Notes under the pieces: model-generated
The model's input: the letters and a program-made list of their open reading frames with translations, nothing else
Database searches by the model: none
Told to the model about the DNA's origin: nothing
Shown here: positions 47,014-59,886 of the stretch, in pieces
Layout: each line of letters starts with the position of its first letter
Position numbering within the stretch: the first letter of the stretch is position 1
Made by a program: the position numbers and the translations under genes
Assembly: GCA_965644295.1 (NCBI GenBank)
Contig: CBFFRP010000255.1
Span: forward strand, 124,001 to 188,000
Length of the DNA stretch: 64,000 bases
Direction: 5' to 3'
DNA from: Paraphysomonas bandaiensis
Lineage: Eukaryota > Protista > Chrysophyceae

Positions 47014-47801
47014 CGCCGGTGAGTCCACGGACACACGATAAAGGCGAATTTCATATCACACAAAAGAACGGAAGTGGTTGCACCTTGGTGCTTGCGGCGA
47101 CGCACAAGCAGCTTTCGTAGCGTTAAATAGTAGGATAAAAGAGTTTGTATTGATTAGTTACGGGTAGTGGTCTAACTAGTATGACTAGCATTCTTCTAGC
47201 CACTAATTGATGCAAGGTCTCAACGCCTATTGCTAAATAATCAGACATTCACTACTGAGTTTTGCTGTTTAAGCAATTAAAAGCTGTAATTCGAAGATAT
47301 TGGAATTATGACGGTTACTGGAGAATACAGTAGTGATGAGCTGTATTATGAGAAGTGATATCATGACGATGTAAGATCGTACTAGAAATGAGTGGTAGTA
47401 GAGATAACGTGATATATTGTTTATTTATTATAATCTTCTCTTATATTAACTTGATTAATGAGTGAATACACGTCCAGTTAACTTAGTAATCATCCAATCG
47501 TGTCATAACTTGACATATCAATCGCTGATCAACTCCCGTATCTTCAATCGTCATGACACTTCAGTTTCACAGTTATAGCTGTGTTGTACTTTACAGTTTT
47601 ACGCATTGTATTTGACGTACTTCACAGTTCTATCTTAGAGAAAGATACGTATTCCAACAGAACGCTCCTGTCGCCGACATTTCTAAAGGCAACATTTCGC
47701 AGAAATATGTATTATACCTTATTGTCATGTAATAAACATAGGCACATGGCACATGTATAACGGACAAACTAAACTACTGAAAAAACTAAATAATAACTGC
47801 C

Positions 47802-50800
47802 TCATTCAAAAGATGCTCTGATAAAAAGTCTGGAAAAAATATCTTCACCTGATCCACCCGGATTTCGTAAACGAACGCAACGAAACCCTTCTTGTAAGCA
47901 ATGCAACGGCACAGTCGAACACCCAGCCAAATAGCCACCCAAATACACTCGAAACGACACTAACGCAAACTCTAGAGCAGATACGGAAAACGAAAATACC
48001 TACATCAACCACTTCAAAGTTAATACATCCAATATACTGTCGACACACCTCATCCCATATAGGATTATCAATACGGCCAAAGCCACCTGAGCTCACAGTC
48101 TTCAGCATTTGAGTGTCCTGTGGTAGTCCTTGAATCAAAATTTCAACGTATGAGTTCTCCCCCTGCCAATGAAAACAATGAATTGCTACAAAATAGAAGA
48201 ATAGCAATTTAGTGATACTAACCTGCAGATTCGTGAGATCACTCGAACTATAAGGAATGTGAAGGTTAGTGGCGCTTATCACATGTAATGAGCAGGAAAG
48301 GCCTTCAGCCCGCCCATGAACACTGTCCCAGAGAATGCAGCGCGGCTTTAAAACATATCCGCAGTTTCCATTTTCCAGGAACTTCCCATCGACAACTTCT
48401 CTGGCATCTGGGGGAAAATCGCAGTCCACTGCTTGTGCTCCCGTACTCCACAGAAAAGCCGGCCCAATAGCATCATCCTTGGCATTACTAAATACGAACC
48501 TTACATGACAACACATTACTCCGGTTAAATGACAAAAACAACTGTGAGTACCTGAGGCATTGTGTGTGTGGTACTAAATGTATATCTTTTGAGAGAATAA
48601 GATCAATCATTGCGTTGTGTTCTAAACAAACCAGCTCTCTTTGTCCAGGGAATTTATTTCCAATACTTTCTCGTAACCCTACCGTTGCCTCCCGATAGTA
48701 GAAAACGGCACATTCTCGAAGAATTTCATCACCGTCCTTTGAAATGCACGTGCTACCAGATATCGATGCTGTAACAGGTCTATCCCGTAGCGCAATCATA
48801 ACGCGTTTCTTGAGAACGTTTGGAGAAGGTAAATTGCCACTACTGCATTCATGCGGCATTACCAGCACTTGACCAAGATTTTTCAAGGACGCCACCATGC
48901 GGACTTGATTGGCAGAGTTGCAATGATTATCAATATAGAGAATAAGAGGAAATGGCGAAGAATCAAAAGCAATTCTGATAATCATTTGAAGGCAGCGATC
49001 AAACCGCGTCACAATACCTGGAGCACCATCCGAATCATACTCTGCAACAACGGGGTGACCTCTGCAGTCCTCTCCGTGTTTCTCCTCCCCGTTCCAACAG
49101 TGAAGCTGAATAAACCTACACCCGTTCCTCAAGTCTTGAATATAGCGATATGTTGTCCCATCTTGCACAGGAGGGGCTGGTGGACCCACCGCTCGGATTG
49201 GCGTGTGGTATGTACTCGGCCCGCATTTGATGTAGTAATGTGTTATAGGGTGTCCCATTTCTTGGTACTGCGACTGCTTGAACGGCATAAAGCTATCGTT
49301 GTTATCATCTGTTATTAGATTCAAAAACGTCTGATACTGTATTCCAGTTATAGGTCGAGAAGAAGCGGGCTCATGTCGCAGGATTCGAACCATTTCGACC
49401 GCATCACTCTCGCTTAGTCTTCGTTTCTGAACCCGTGACCTGACTATTAGTTACAACACGTGTGTCACTTCGTCATAAAAAACTTACCAAAAATCAGCGA
49501 AAACATTCAACGACAGCTCCTCCGACAGGATATCTTCATCGACGAATGTATTCAGGATATTCATCGTGGTTATTTTACCCTCAATACGCCCTTTAGTTAC
49601 CAGCATTTGCCAAATGCACTCCACTTCCACACTATATTGAAAATCGTCAAGACGTCAATACGAGATTTTTATATTTTGAACCCACCGCTTCATGAGTTCT
49701 TTCAGTAAGTTTGCAACTTCAACAACATCAACCAGTACGTCGTCTCGCGCCGTTCGGTTCAGAGCTGTGAGAATTCGCGCCTCCGGTACATACACTTTCA
49801 TAGATCTGGTAAGAGCAGCCAGCTCGCTGAACCCTAATGTTTTTCTCCCATCTAAAAAAAGCTTCTCCCACTGATTACGGACCATTGAAAGCACAACGTC
49901 ACACTTGAACTCTTCAATGGCAGCAGATAACACAGAAAACCAAGTCTCGAACGCTCCATCTGTCGTTGCACAAAGATCTACACTTCGACTGCTATAAATG
50001 ACAGAGAAACTGCGACGAACAGCATCGGGTTTTCCGTTGAGTTTACGGCAGTTGCGAAATGCAGGAGTGGTATGTCCCCTTTGTACATAACTTGCACACG
50101 CCAAGTCAACTACACACGGTGTGTTAACACATTAATCCGCAAAAACTAATTCCACGCTTACCCACACAATCATTAGCGCTTTTGTGGGATGCTCTGTCCG
50201 GAAGCCAGTGCAAGAAGCGCCTGTCTTCACTTAGCCATATTGTTGTCGAGTACACATGACCGTTTCGTTTAACTTTTAAAAATTTCTCCTCTAATGAAAG
50301 AGATAATGATAAATGAATTCATTCATTGGAGCATTAGCGTCAATACCTCCAACAGTAAGTAGAGCCAGATACCTCTCTTGCGTATCTCGAAGCTGATCAA
50401 TGAGGTCTTTCTTGTCTTCTTCTAACTCTATGATTTTATTGAAATACGCCATCAACACAGGGCTCTCTATATGATCATCTCGAATGGGGCTGGACTATTA
50501 TGTCATTAGATTACTAAATAAGTAATTAAATATATCAAAACGTACCTCGTCTGTCAAAGGTATACTATGCGGCGCTTGTAATTCATGAGAGTTCGCTTGC
50601 TACATTGATACTAAGATCATGATAATGATGCACACTATCCGTACCTCTATTTTTCTATCCTGATGTCCTGGTGATTTACACGTTTCTGGTATCAAGCCAA
50701 CCGCCTGCTTCTGCCACAACATGAGCCACGAATTTATTCTTGCCTAATACTTACGTCATCGGAGCTCTCAGCTACAAATTCCAACTGCTTAACTATATCT

Positions 50801-53478
50801 CCATTCCCAAGTGCTACTTGTTCGTTTTCAAACGGGACAGACTCTTCACTGTTTCTATATTCAGTCGTTCCCGTATTCTGTTTCATAAAAGTGCGTTGAC
50901 GATGCCCTCGGAAAGCCGACTGAATTAATAACACTGCTCCAATACACCTCAGTCTGCGCATGACTGCGATATATTTTTTCCATATCCTCTGAATAAGACG
51001 TGCACTATGTTCGTATTCCACATGTTGTCTTCTCCATCGAAAAGAGTGGTATATTACTGAACGGAGTGCAATAAATTGACACTGGTCTGGCAACAGCGTC
51101 AGTCGACTACGAAGATGCCGTTGTAGAACCGTTGCCAATTGATCTACTGACTTTCTTCGTATTATCTCAAAGCCAATAGCTGTACTCCAAAGCATGCATA
51201 CCTAGATAAAATTAAACACTCATTACTTTTTATAGCACAATACCTCATTCGGAGTCATTTTGACAACATTTAATTGCGAAATGTATTCGGGCTTATCAGC
51301 TAAAAGCAATCCCGCGACAACGGGAATGCATTCAAACAACAACACCGTTACAAACTGCCTCCAAAAATTATCCTTTTCAGTAGCCCGCGCAATATTATAT
51401 AACTTCATCCAACTTTTGAAATGGAAATGCGGGAAGACAGCACACACTGCTTTGTACCGTTCAGCAAAATCCCCATAGGCCATACGCACCATATATGTGT
51501 TCCTATAAAGTGTTACAGTCTGAGGAATTCCCAAGCTTTCCATTTGTGTGCGGACTAGCGAATGATCAAACTCATGAGGCACCATGTCGTTATTTGGTCT
51601 GATGCATCGAATATAATGGCACTGCGTATTACCAAGGTTATACAAAACACGGTCTAGCTGGTTACTGTAATCGTATGCAAAACAAGTCTTTTGAAAAAAT
51701 TGACTTCTCGTCTGCCGTAGCCCTCTGTTATCAACGGAGTCTGTATCGGAGATATCGTGTTTGTGGATTGAACTTGAATTAGATGTGCGTAAGTGAATGC
51801 CCACATCAACCGCAGTCTGATCAACTTCCGTCCTTAAAAAATCAGCCGCAGAATACCAAACTTCCCCGCACGTGTGTCGAACTCCAAACATTAACTTGAG
51901 TTTCTTTTCCGTACTTCCGATGAACAGCCGCTTTTTCGTTTCATACTTGCAATAAATCGATTCAATGAGATCACAGTCGGTCATGTTAGGAGTGTTGAGA
52001 GCCCGATTACAGAGCGAGAAAATACCTCTACGGGGGTGCTCGTACAACTCGACCGTTTCAGCAATGATGTCTATCCCAAGCTCATCACATTTAGAGTTCG
52101 TAAAAGCGCCAAATTCGTGTAAAAACTGCCTTTGGAGCTTCTCGTGAGTATAATTAGCGCACATTTGCATGTATGAGTTTCGAGAACAGCTCTCAAAACC
52201 ATACATATCAAACAAAGATATACTCGGCAGTACATCGCCAACTGACGAAACGGGATAAACACTAGCTCTAGATGGCATGAGGTTAGTTTCTACACTTATG
52301 GTCAGTGAATCATTAATCCTCCCCAAAATGTGGTCACAGAGAGAAACGTAGAGACCCTGCGCCATGATATCCCGAGCAACGAAGCACTCTTCCAACGACG
52401 CCGTTGTTTCCACAGTGCGCCCACAATGTAAAGCGTTGGCTCGCCGAGTTATCTTCTCTAATAACCCATCACGGTCCATAATAAGAGTCGTGCACGCGGC
52501 AGATATGTGTCGGTCAGAGGCGGGAGAAAACTGGACCTCCCCAGTAGTTGTAAACTCGAATTGTATATTCCCAATATGTAGAATTGCAAGTAGATACTTG
52601 GAAAGGTCTGCTATATCCTCGACAGACATACCAAGAGTTTCTAAGTCCAGTACGAGAGAAGTAAAATTTTCCCTGTCCGTTTCTTGTTGGTCCACAGAGT
52701 TCTCATCTGATATATTGAGGTATAAAAATTCCAAGGGATCCTCTATATTCAGAGCCGCTCGCTCCTCTGAAGAAAGTCCGGCACAGACCTCGTGGAATAC
52801 ATGGAAATTCCGCTGACCCTTCAAAGGCGAAGACACCCTGGATTTCTCCAGCAACACGATGTTGATGTGAGCAGAAGTAATGTATCCCTGAGAACTGTAA
52901 GTTATCTCCGTATACTTCCCATGCCGAGAGGAATTCCCGTTATGATGAGTGTACGCATTACCGAAAGACTCAAGTACGCGGTAGGCAGATCGAATTCGTC
53001 CTGGCAATTCAAGTGCAGAGTGGTTACCATTCCGTTCTGCTACACACTCTGATGCCAAAGTCAAATACTTTAACACATCTTTCGCAGTGTTCGTTTTGCC
53101 ACTACCACTAATTCCGCTAACAATAATGGCCTGTTTTTCTCGTTTACCACTAAATGGGTCGCCGTTGAGTAAACATTGACACACATTTTCACTAAATACA
53201 AACACATGCGGTTCGGTTATACTCTCACCACTTGATATTCGCTCCGCCAGGTCCACCGAACACACGTCGAGGTGTTGAAACGGGTTCAATACAACTAGAA
53301 TCGATGCTGCATTTGTGTATATCTGATCAGACTCATATCGACGACGAAGTACATACTCTATTTCCAATTCATCGGCCTCAGAGAGCAGTGCTAAGTCCGA
53401 GTCATCTGACGATTTAATAAAGGCTGCAACTCCGTGCTTGCTCCTTCTCGGAGCTAACTGTACAGTGGTACTTGTCAT
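47802..53478 (-). CDS. myosin motor-IQ fused to a PH/EF-like/X/Y/C2 phospholipase C-like module (multi-exon)
   Basis: Myosin: IYT..ILVVLNPF, SGISGSGKT, LESFGNA..NGNSSRHGK, DMYGFE, YIRCIRPN; IQ: IQRIWK, IQSAFRG; PH: FLKVKRNG..WLSED..HW; X: HPITHYYI, GCRFIQLHCWNG, SPFPLIL, LPSP; Y: GKFLENGNCGYVLKP; C2: NPIWDE..EGFR; traced introns keep the frame. Confidence 0.8.
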
Positions 53479-53584
53479 CAGCAGAGACTATCTCGCACTC
53501 GCCTGGGAGAGAGAGGGTCGGTGAAGGAGTTGCATTCGAACAATTTCAGAGCTTTCTGTCACTCCCTCTTTCCACTAGAGTCTA

Positions 53585-53654
53585 GTCTATAGTCTACAGT
53601 CTATAGTCTACAGTCTATAGTCTATAGTCTATAGTCTATAGTCTATAGTCTATA
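53585..53654. repeat. 7-bp tandem repeat (AGTCTAT/AGTCTAC) x ~10
   Basis: Directly visible, about 100 bp upstream of the myosin-PLC start codon. Confidence 0.9.
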
Positions 53655-54775
53655 GGGTATAGTCATCAATCACACGGCCCGGCCCTATCTACGACATACC
53701 ATCACTGTCATTGGCTGATTGTCGCACTTTCACTTCTTCTGTCAATAAATTTTTTTTGTATCATATTATACAACTCCACATGAATATACCGCTCTGTATT
53801 TCATGAAATACCGTATAGAATAGATTTTTGTGCAGTGATATCTAGATTGAGAGTGCGGCAGTCAGCCTATATGCGTATATCTGCCCATGCATATCCATAT
53901 CTAGATATACGGCAACTGGGATCATTATGTGAGGAAGCTCAGCCGCCGTTATTCAGCTTTACATTATATTCTGTACATAATTATTCCAGTATTAGTTACG
54001 ATTATATAGGTGTAATTTCACATCATTAAGAATAAAGAATTAAGCACATATCTGATACATTAGTCGTATAATTCTCTCATTCTCAATATATCATTTTGTA
54101 CATGACATGTTATCTACAATTAACTTAATCAATATTTCTTTTGTTACAACTCTACTGGAGTACAATATGCATGTGTACGTTCTCACATGTCTTCTACAAA
54201 TTTATGGTTACGGCATACAACACACATTATATAGTGCAGAATTTGAAGAGAATCTAATAAATAATAGTGATATAAATCTGAAATATAATATCCGAAATAT
54301 ATTATTACTTTCTTACTTATCAGAGATCGGAGATGTACATCACTTTACCGGCCCTTAAATCTATAGATGAATGAGAGGTTACGGAGGCGTAATGTTCATA
54401 GAAGGGCATTCTGGAGGAGTAGTAGTCATGACATATCGTCAACAGTCAACAGTATGTAGTTGTATCGTTCTTATAAGTTGCCAAATGCCATGCTTATTGT
54501 TTTTTCTGGAAGTAATTCTAGAAAATTTGATAATGAGTAACTCAAATGAAATTCTAGTAATGCGACTTCAACTCATGAGTATATATGCATTATGCATTAT
54601 ATATATTTCTTTCTTAGAGGGAATAGTTCCGACCACTACATATTTACTATGACTCTTACAATTTTTCCGCTTCTCTTTTTATTCAGTACCAATGCGACAT
54701 CATATTTATTACATCCCATGATTTCAATATAAACGGACACTTCAATTTAAATTCCAACACTACTTTCAAAGGAAT

Positions 54776-56026
54776 TTATTTGGTAGCAGAATCCATTAAT
54801 GCAAGCAAGTCATCATCATCGTCTCCCTTGCATGCAGCTTTCATGTCGTCCTCATCTTTGAGCTTTAACTCCCTCATATAGCCATCCAAAGTCTTAGCAC
54901 CGGCAGCGCCGTCAATATCTATGGCTATAAAATTAGATGATGCCTTTGCGCTACTCCCTTTCTCCTCGAATGAATTATCAGGAAATAGGTTAATTTTGAA
55001 TGGTTTGGCAGCTACTTCTCCTTTAGACGACACCCCCATTCCGAGCAAGTCTGCTAGCAAGTTCAGCTCAGCCTTGGCAGAAGACTTCGCTTGGGGTGCA
55101 TCGAAGTTCCGTTTAGCACTTGCCGCGCCTGATATAGCCATCTGTGCACCCATATCACGCCCCGCTTCAACTATAGATTCAAAAGAGGGGGTACCACTCA
55201 TGGCCTCTTGTAGCTCCCTGTTGATATACATATTGAACCCCAGCTGAGACGACATATCGAACACTTCTTCGCTTTCAACACAGTTCTCGTAACCTTCGAT
55301 CTCGATCCCCCTTCGCTTCACCACGTTACCGCCTTCATAGTAACTAATCATTCCCGGCGTCTGAGTACCATAAGGAAGTGCCCCATCATTGTTGAGAATG
55401 ATGGTACCTTCCATTGTCTGCAAATTGCGCTGCAGAAAGAGCGAAACTTTAGTTTTCTTACCCTGCAAGAATCTCATCAACGACTGGTTCAGCTGTAACC
55501 ATTGACCGTTGGTAAGAGAAGTATACAAATTCAAGGTAGAAGTAATGGCAGACTGTACGGATTTGATAATGGTGTCTGACTTCACAAGGCTCTTAAGGGT
55601 CTCCAAATGATGTAAAGTAACCTGAAGCACCTGTTGTGGGGCGGTACAGGAAACGACTTGATACTTAAACCCCATGATCATCAAATCATAAAGCTATAAA
55701 TAAATCATAAAGCTGTTAACAGAAACATAACTATCAAAAGCAAAGTGGGATACCTTTTCCATGCTTTGTTTATTTAGTCGCATAATAGATGAGTGAGCAA
55801 GTTTCTCAAATATTTGCTTTGTTGACGACGCCGTATACATTTCTTGAGGTTTAAATAGTTCTGTGACAAAAAGGGGGCTATACATAGCCCTAATAACATC
55901 TTGCATTACTTTAGTGGCTTTTTCCTCTTGAACCTTTTGAGCCTGAAGGCGCTGTTGTAAAATGTATACCATTTCCCCACCCATGTTGATAACAATTATT
56001 GGCATGGCCCACAACGAACCGGACAT
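54776..56026 (-). CDS. OSCP1: organic solute carrier partner 1 (NOR1) homolog, 2 exons
   Basis: NMGGEMVYILQQRLQAQ..ELFKPQ..LAHSSIMRLN..SMEK|LYDLMIMGFKYQV; intron ~55694-55754. Confidence 0.9.
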
Positions 56027-56657
56027 AGTGCTATATTTACGAAGAAAGATAACTCTTTACTGAAACAACAAGGATGACTAATATTATTAAGATGCTAATG
56101 ATGCGAGCCGGGAAGATGCAGTGAGGGCAACACAGTTCCTGCGCTTGCTTGGTTCTGTCTACAACTCTGCAGCAATTCTATTGTGCAGCATGTTCATATA
56201 CACAGCGGTATATGTACGGTATGCCTGCCCACATACGGCGAATACTTTATACGTCGTTTCACAACACCACAGTATACCGGTATATCGCAGGAATACAGCA
56301 GATGCCCAAAGTGTTTTTTATGGCAAAAAAGAGTAGAGGTACATAGTGTCAACTACGTACTCCATGGTACAGCAGTTGGTTATGTATTCGTTGTACTGCA
56401 GTACGATTTGACTTCTATATTTGTGTACGGATACACAGGCAAAGGATGATTCTGCTTCAAATACCATGCAATAACCCAACAGATATTGATTGCATCTTAC
56501 CAATCACCTCTGGAATTTATGTATTCGAATAGCTGTAAGAAGCACTGCGGGACGTGCTGATTGTTCTCCCTGTTGCCTCAGTATGGAGGTGATGCTCAGG
56601 TTGGACTGATGAAATGAAACTTGCCGTCTATAGTGACCACAGAATTATCATATTAAT

Positions 56658-58955
56658 ATGAGTGTATTTCCCTCATTATTTGTGTTGAAATCTATTTCAT
56701 CGAGAGCTCAAATTTTAGTTAAAGAAGGAACCAGTCAAAGTCTGAGAGATGCAATTGAACTGCTCCTCAAGAACGACACCTCTGTCGATATGGACATTTC
56801 TAAGCGCCCCGATGCTATAGATTGCGGTGCTTTACTTCACAACAGCCTTATAAAGTTAGCTAGTTCGCCGTATGGTGCTCTTGGAGTTAGTGTTTCAGCT
56901 AATTCTGATGAAATACGGCGAGCTTACAAAAAGTAATACTCTAAAACAAAATTTTGATCATGAATTCATTATAGTACTGCAGAATGGCTCTTAAATACCA
57001 CCCCGACAAAAACCCTTCTACGACACCCTTGTTTCAGGTTATCCAATGTGCGTATGAAAAGCTCACCGTGGGTGGTTCTACCTATGCGCCACACACCTCA
57101 ACTTCGACTCCGTCCAGTCCGCCACCATCCCCAGCGAAACCCCGTAAACAGCAAACTAGAAACGAGAAATCACCTCTGCATGGTAGTAGAAAGCAGCCGA
57201 GTTGTAGCAATAAATCTCCGCCGAAGTCCGGGAAGGGTTCTGCGGAGTATGCAAGATATGCAGACACTGGTAGGAGAGATGGTGAGGGGAGTCAGAAGTT
57301 CAAAGCCAATGGATGGACAGGAGGATCTGGAAAGCAGAAAGAGACTGGAGGCGGCGGAAGAGCAGCAGCAGCTGGAGATAATACCCCTCATGCAAGCTGG
57401 ACGGATCATATGCCGTCATCGGCGAGGGGATATGCTCAGGGAGGAGTACCAAACGCAAGCAATTCGCAAAAAGGATCCACTTCTTTTATGCGCAGTCAAA
57501 TGGAAGCAAGAGAACGAGAAGCCAGACGACGGAAGGAAGTTGAAGCCGCAGCAGCCCGCACTGCTCAGCGTAGATATCACAAAGCTTCACCTCGCCCTAG
57601 GCCGAAGGAAAACCCTCCCCCCAAGGACTATAGCACTGATGACAACTCTACACCTCGTTTCACATCCAGTAAGGTCAAGAAGAGTTGTCCTAGGGATGCC
57701 TGGGAGGAGGAATCAACCACAACTGGTATTGCGGCTGGACTTATCCCTACCCCTCAAGGTGTGGTGGTATCTGCAGTCGATTTTTATACTGTGGAAGTTT
57801 CATGGAATTCGCTGAAGTCCGCTTCGTCGTCCATGCTCCGTTCACACATATCTGCATTAAAAGTTGAGCTTAGCTGGGGTCTTGCTGATGTGACAATGTC
57901 GTGGGAGTCGTCATCTAAGCTTATAGCCGGAGAAAAAGTCAGGAAAAAGAATCTTATTTCTGGAGCAACATACCATTTTAGGGCACGCTATGTGATTCCA
58001 CCTTCATCTTCTAGTTCAGGTGAGTGAATAACCATAATTCGACCATTCTGAACGGTATTTTTTTGTCAGTGTCTGTTGAGGGTCAGTGGTGCACACCCGT
58101 TACAGTAACGCTTCCACTATTAGAACAACCAGCTAACGAGCCAGCCTTTGAAAGTGAAGATCAATGCACCGACAACCCATCTGCAGCAGCTTGGTCGGAA
58201 GAAGTACCGTCGCACGACGACCAAACCGCTTCGTACACTGACAGTACAGCAGTACCCGTAAATGCGGATACATCAGGAACACCACAAGAGGGGTCTATGG
58301 TGTGGTGTTTACTGGAGGCACCTCTAACGGGTTCTGATGATCAAGGCTATATACTGGAGGTTCATAAAGAAAAGAGCATGACAAGTGCTATAGTAGGCTA
58401 TATATCATCGGCGAAGCAAGTGCTTGCTCTTGAAGGAAAAGGAAAGTGGCTTCGCGTTAAATGTCATTGGTTGGCCTCTGTTGGTCACAAAAATAAGAAC
58501 AGAAAGGCCTCGGCGTGGGCAAGCGGGGAAGAGTGGGGGTGGGCAAAACGAGAAGAATGGAGGAGTGACATCGGTGAGACTCACGTATTTCTCCGACCAA
58601 TAACAGCGCCCACTCCTGGTTCTGAGGCAGCAGATACAGCAGCTTCGAGTTCTAGCAACTCTGGTAGTGATGTGCCAGTGTGGTATGAACACTACGACGA
58701 AAGTGGATACCCATACTATTATAACGAATCAACTGGCGAGAGTCAATGGGAACCGCCGGAGTGGGTGGAGGAAGTAGATCAAGACTCTGGGGCCAGGTGA
58801 CCAGTTTGTACGTTTGATTCTTATAATATCTTATTCGCTATGTACTATGTAGGTACTATGTGCAGCTAAATCAAGAAGACGGAAGTGTATTTAATTCGAC
58901 ATGGACGAAACCCCAAATGTTTTCCAGGGTGGTTAGACACACTACTTGGAGTTAG
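56658..58955 (+). CDS. DnaJ (J-domain) protein with FN3-like and WW domains
   Basis: PYGALGV..EIRRAYKK|MALKYHPDKN; VEVSW..NLISGATYHFRAR; WYEHYDESGYPYYYNESTGESQWEPP; three short introns. Confidence 0.8.
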
Positions 58956-59196
58956 TGTTTCATGTTTTGAAATTCTTATCATACTTATTAATAATAGAAG
59001 TAGCACCATTCGTGTGGCACCATTTTAAATTTCCCACTACCCTTTAATGATAGTGGCATTACAATATGTGTTACTATACCCACACATGTCTACCTGTTTC
59101 TTGTCATTTGTAACTTTTACACTCGTAGTATTTGCTATACATGATAGCAATTTCATTTCTTCTTTATTAAAAAAACATCACAACAAAACCATAACA

Positions 59197-59886
59197 CTAC
59201 GTTTCTGTAAGAGGGTAGTCTGTGTTCATATCACTACTTCTCTCATTTATATCATCTCTGGGCTGAGAACTAAAAGAAAACATAAGATCTCCTTCAGAAC
59301 CCACTACACGCGTCTTTGAGTACTTCGAAGCTGCAAAATCCTCGAACTTCTTCGCATTCCAATCTGAATTCGATTGAGCAACCACTTCCGACTCATCATA
59401 AGGCCTTTTACTTCCAGTTTGTATTATCTCTTCTTCCATGTCCACATTATCATCGTTATCACAGTTATCATCTCGCGCAGACTCCTCATCCACTTCCATG
59501 GAGTCGCTTCCCTTCAAAGCGCCCACAGCAGCATCTCGTTGTTTCTTAGCTTCCAGTGCCTCGTGCATATTTTTACAACAACCTGGACACACACGCCTCT
59601 CAGAAGCGCAGTTGTCACAGAGTGTCCTATAAGCCTTTGTGATGCATTTCTTCTTGCAGCCCTGACAATTAGCCAGATTCTTCAGGGCTTTATACTTATT
59701 AAATTGAAATCTCCATTGTAGTTTCTCTCTGCATTTTGGGCACACACCATCCCCCATATTTTGCTGAATTCGGGATTCATTTTTCAATTCTCTCTCTTTT
59801 AGCTTGACATCGCGATTGCGAACATACTTCTGTTTCTGAGCTTGTTTAGTGAAACCAGCTGTAGACTTCCCTCCAGCTCCTGGCAT
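59197..59886 (-). CDS. C9orf85/DUF2039 family protein
   Basis: GVCPKCREKLQWR..NKYK..CQGC..AYRTLCDNCA..VCPGC. Confidence 0.8.
   Translation of the reverse strand: MPGAGGKSTAGFTKQAQKQKYVRNRDVKLKERELKNESRIQQNMGDGVCPKCREKLQWRFQFNKYKALKNLANCQGCKKKCITKAYRTLCDNCASERRVCPGCCKNMHEALEAKKQRDAAVGALKGSDSMEVDEESARDDNCDNDDNVDMEEEIIQTGSKRPYDESEVVAQSNSDWNAKKFEDFAASKYSKTRVVGSEGDLMFSFSSQPRDDINERSSDMNTDYPLTET

Larger units (their letters stand above)
34917..47255 (+). mobile_element. full-length giant non-LTR (LINE) retrotransposon, about 12.3 kb
   Basis: TSD TGAGTTTTGCT at 34906-34916 and 47256-47266; short ACT-repeat tail; intronless C/A-rich sense strand; APE, RT, RNase H and CCHC motifs. Confidence 0.92.

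Noticed and set aside
34917-47255. Endogenous giant virus, Polinton or Helitron as the source of the SET/OTU region
   Set aside because: The domains are in frame with APE and lie within TSD-bounded LINE termini; no capsid, PolB, integrase or RepHel motifs were seen
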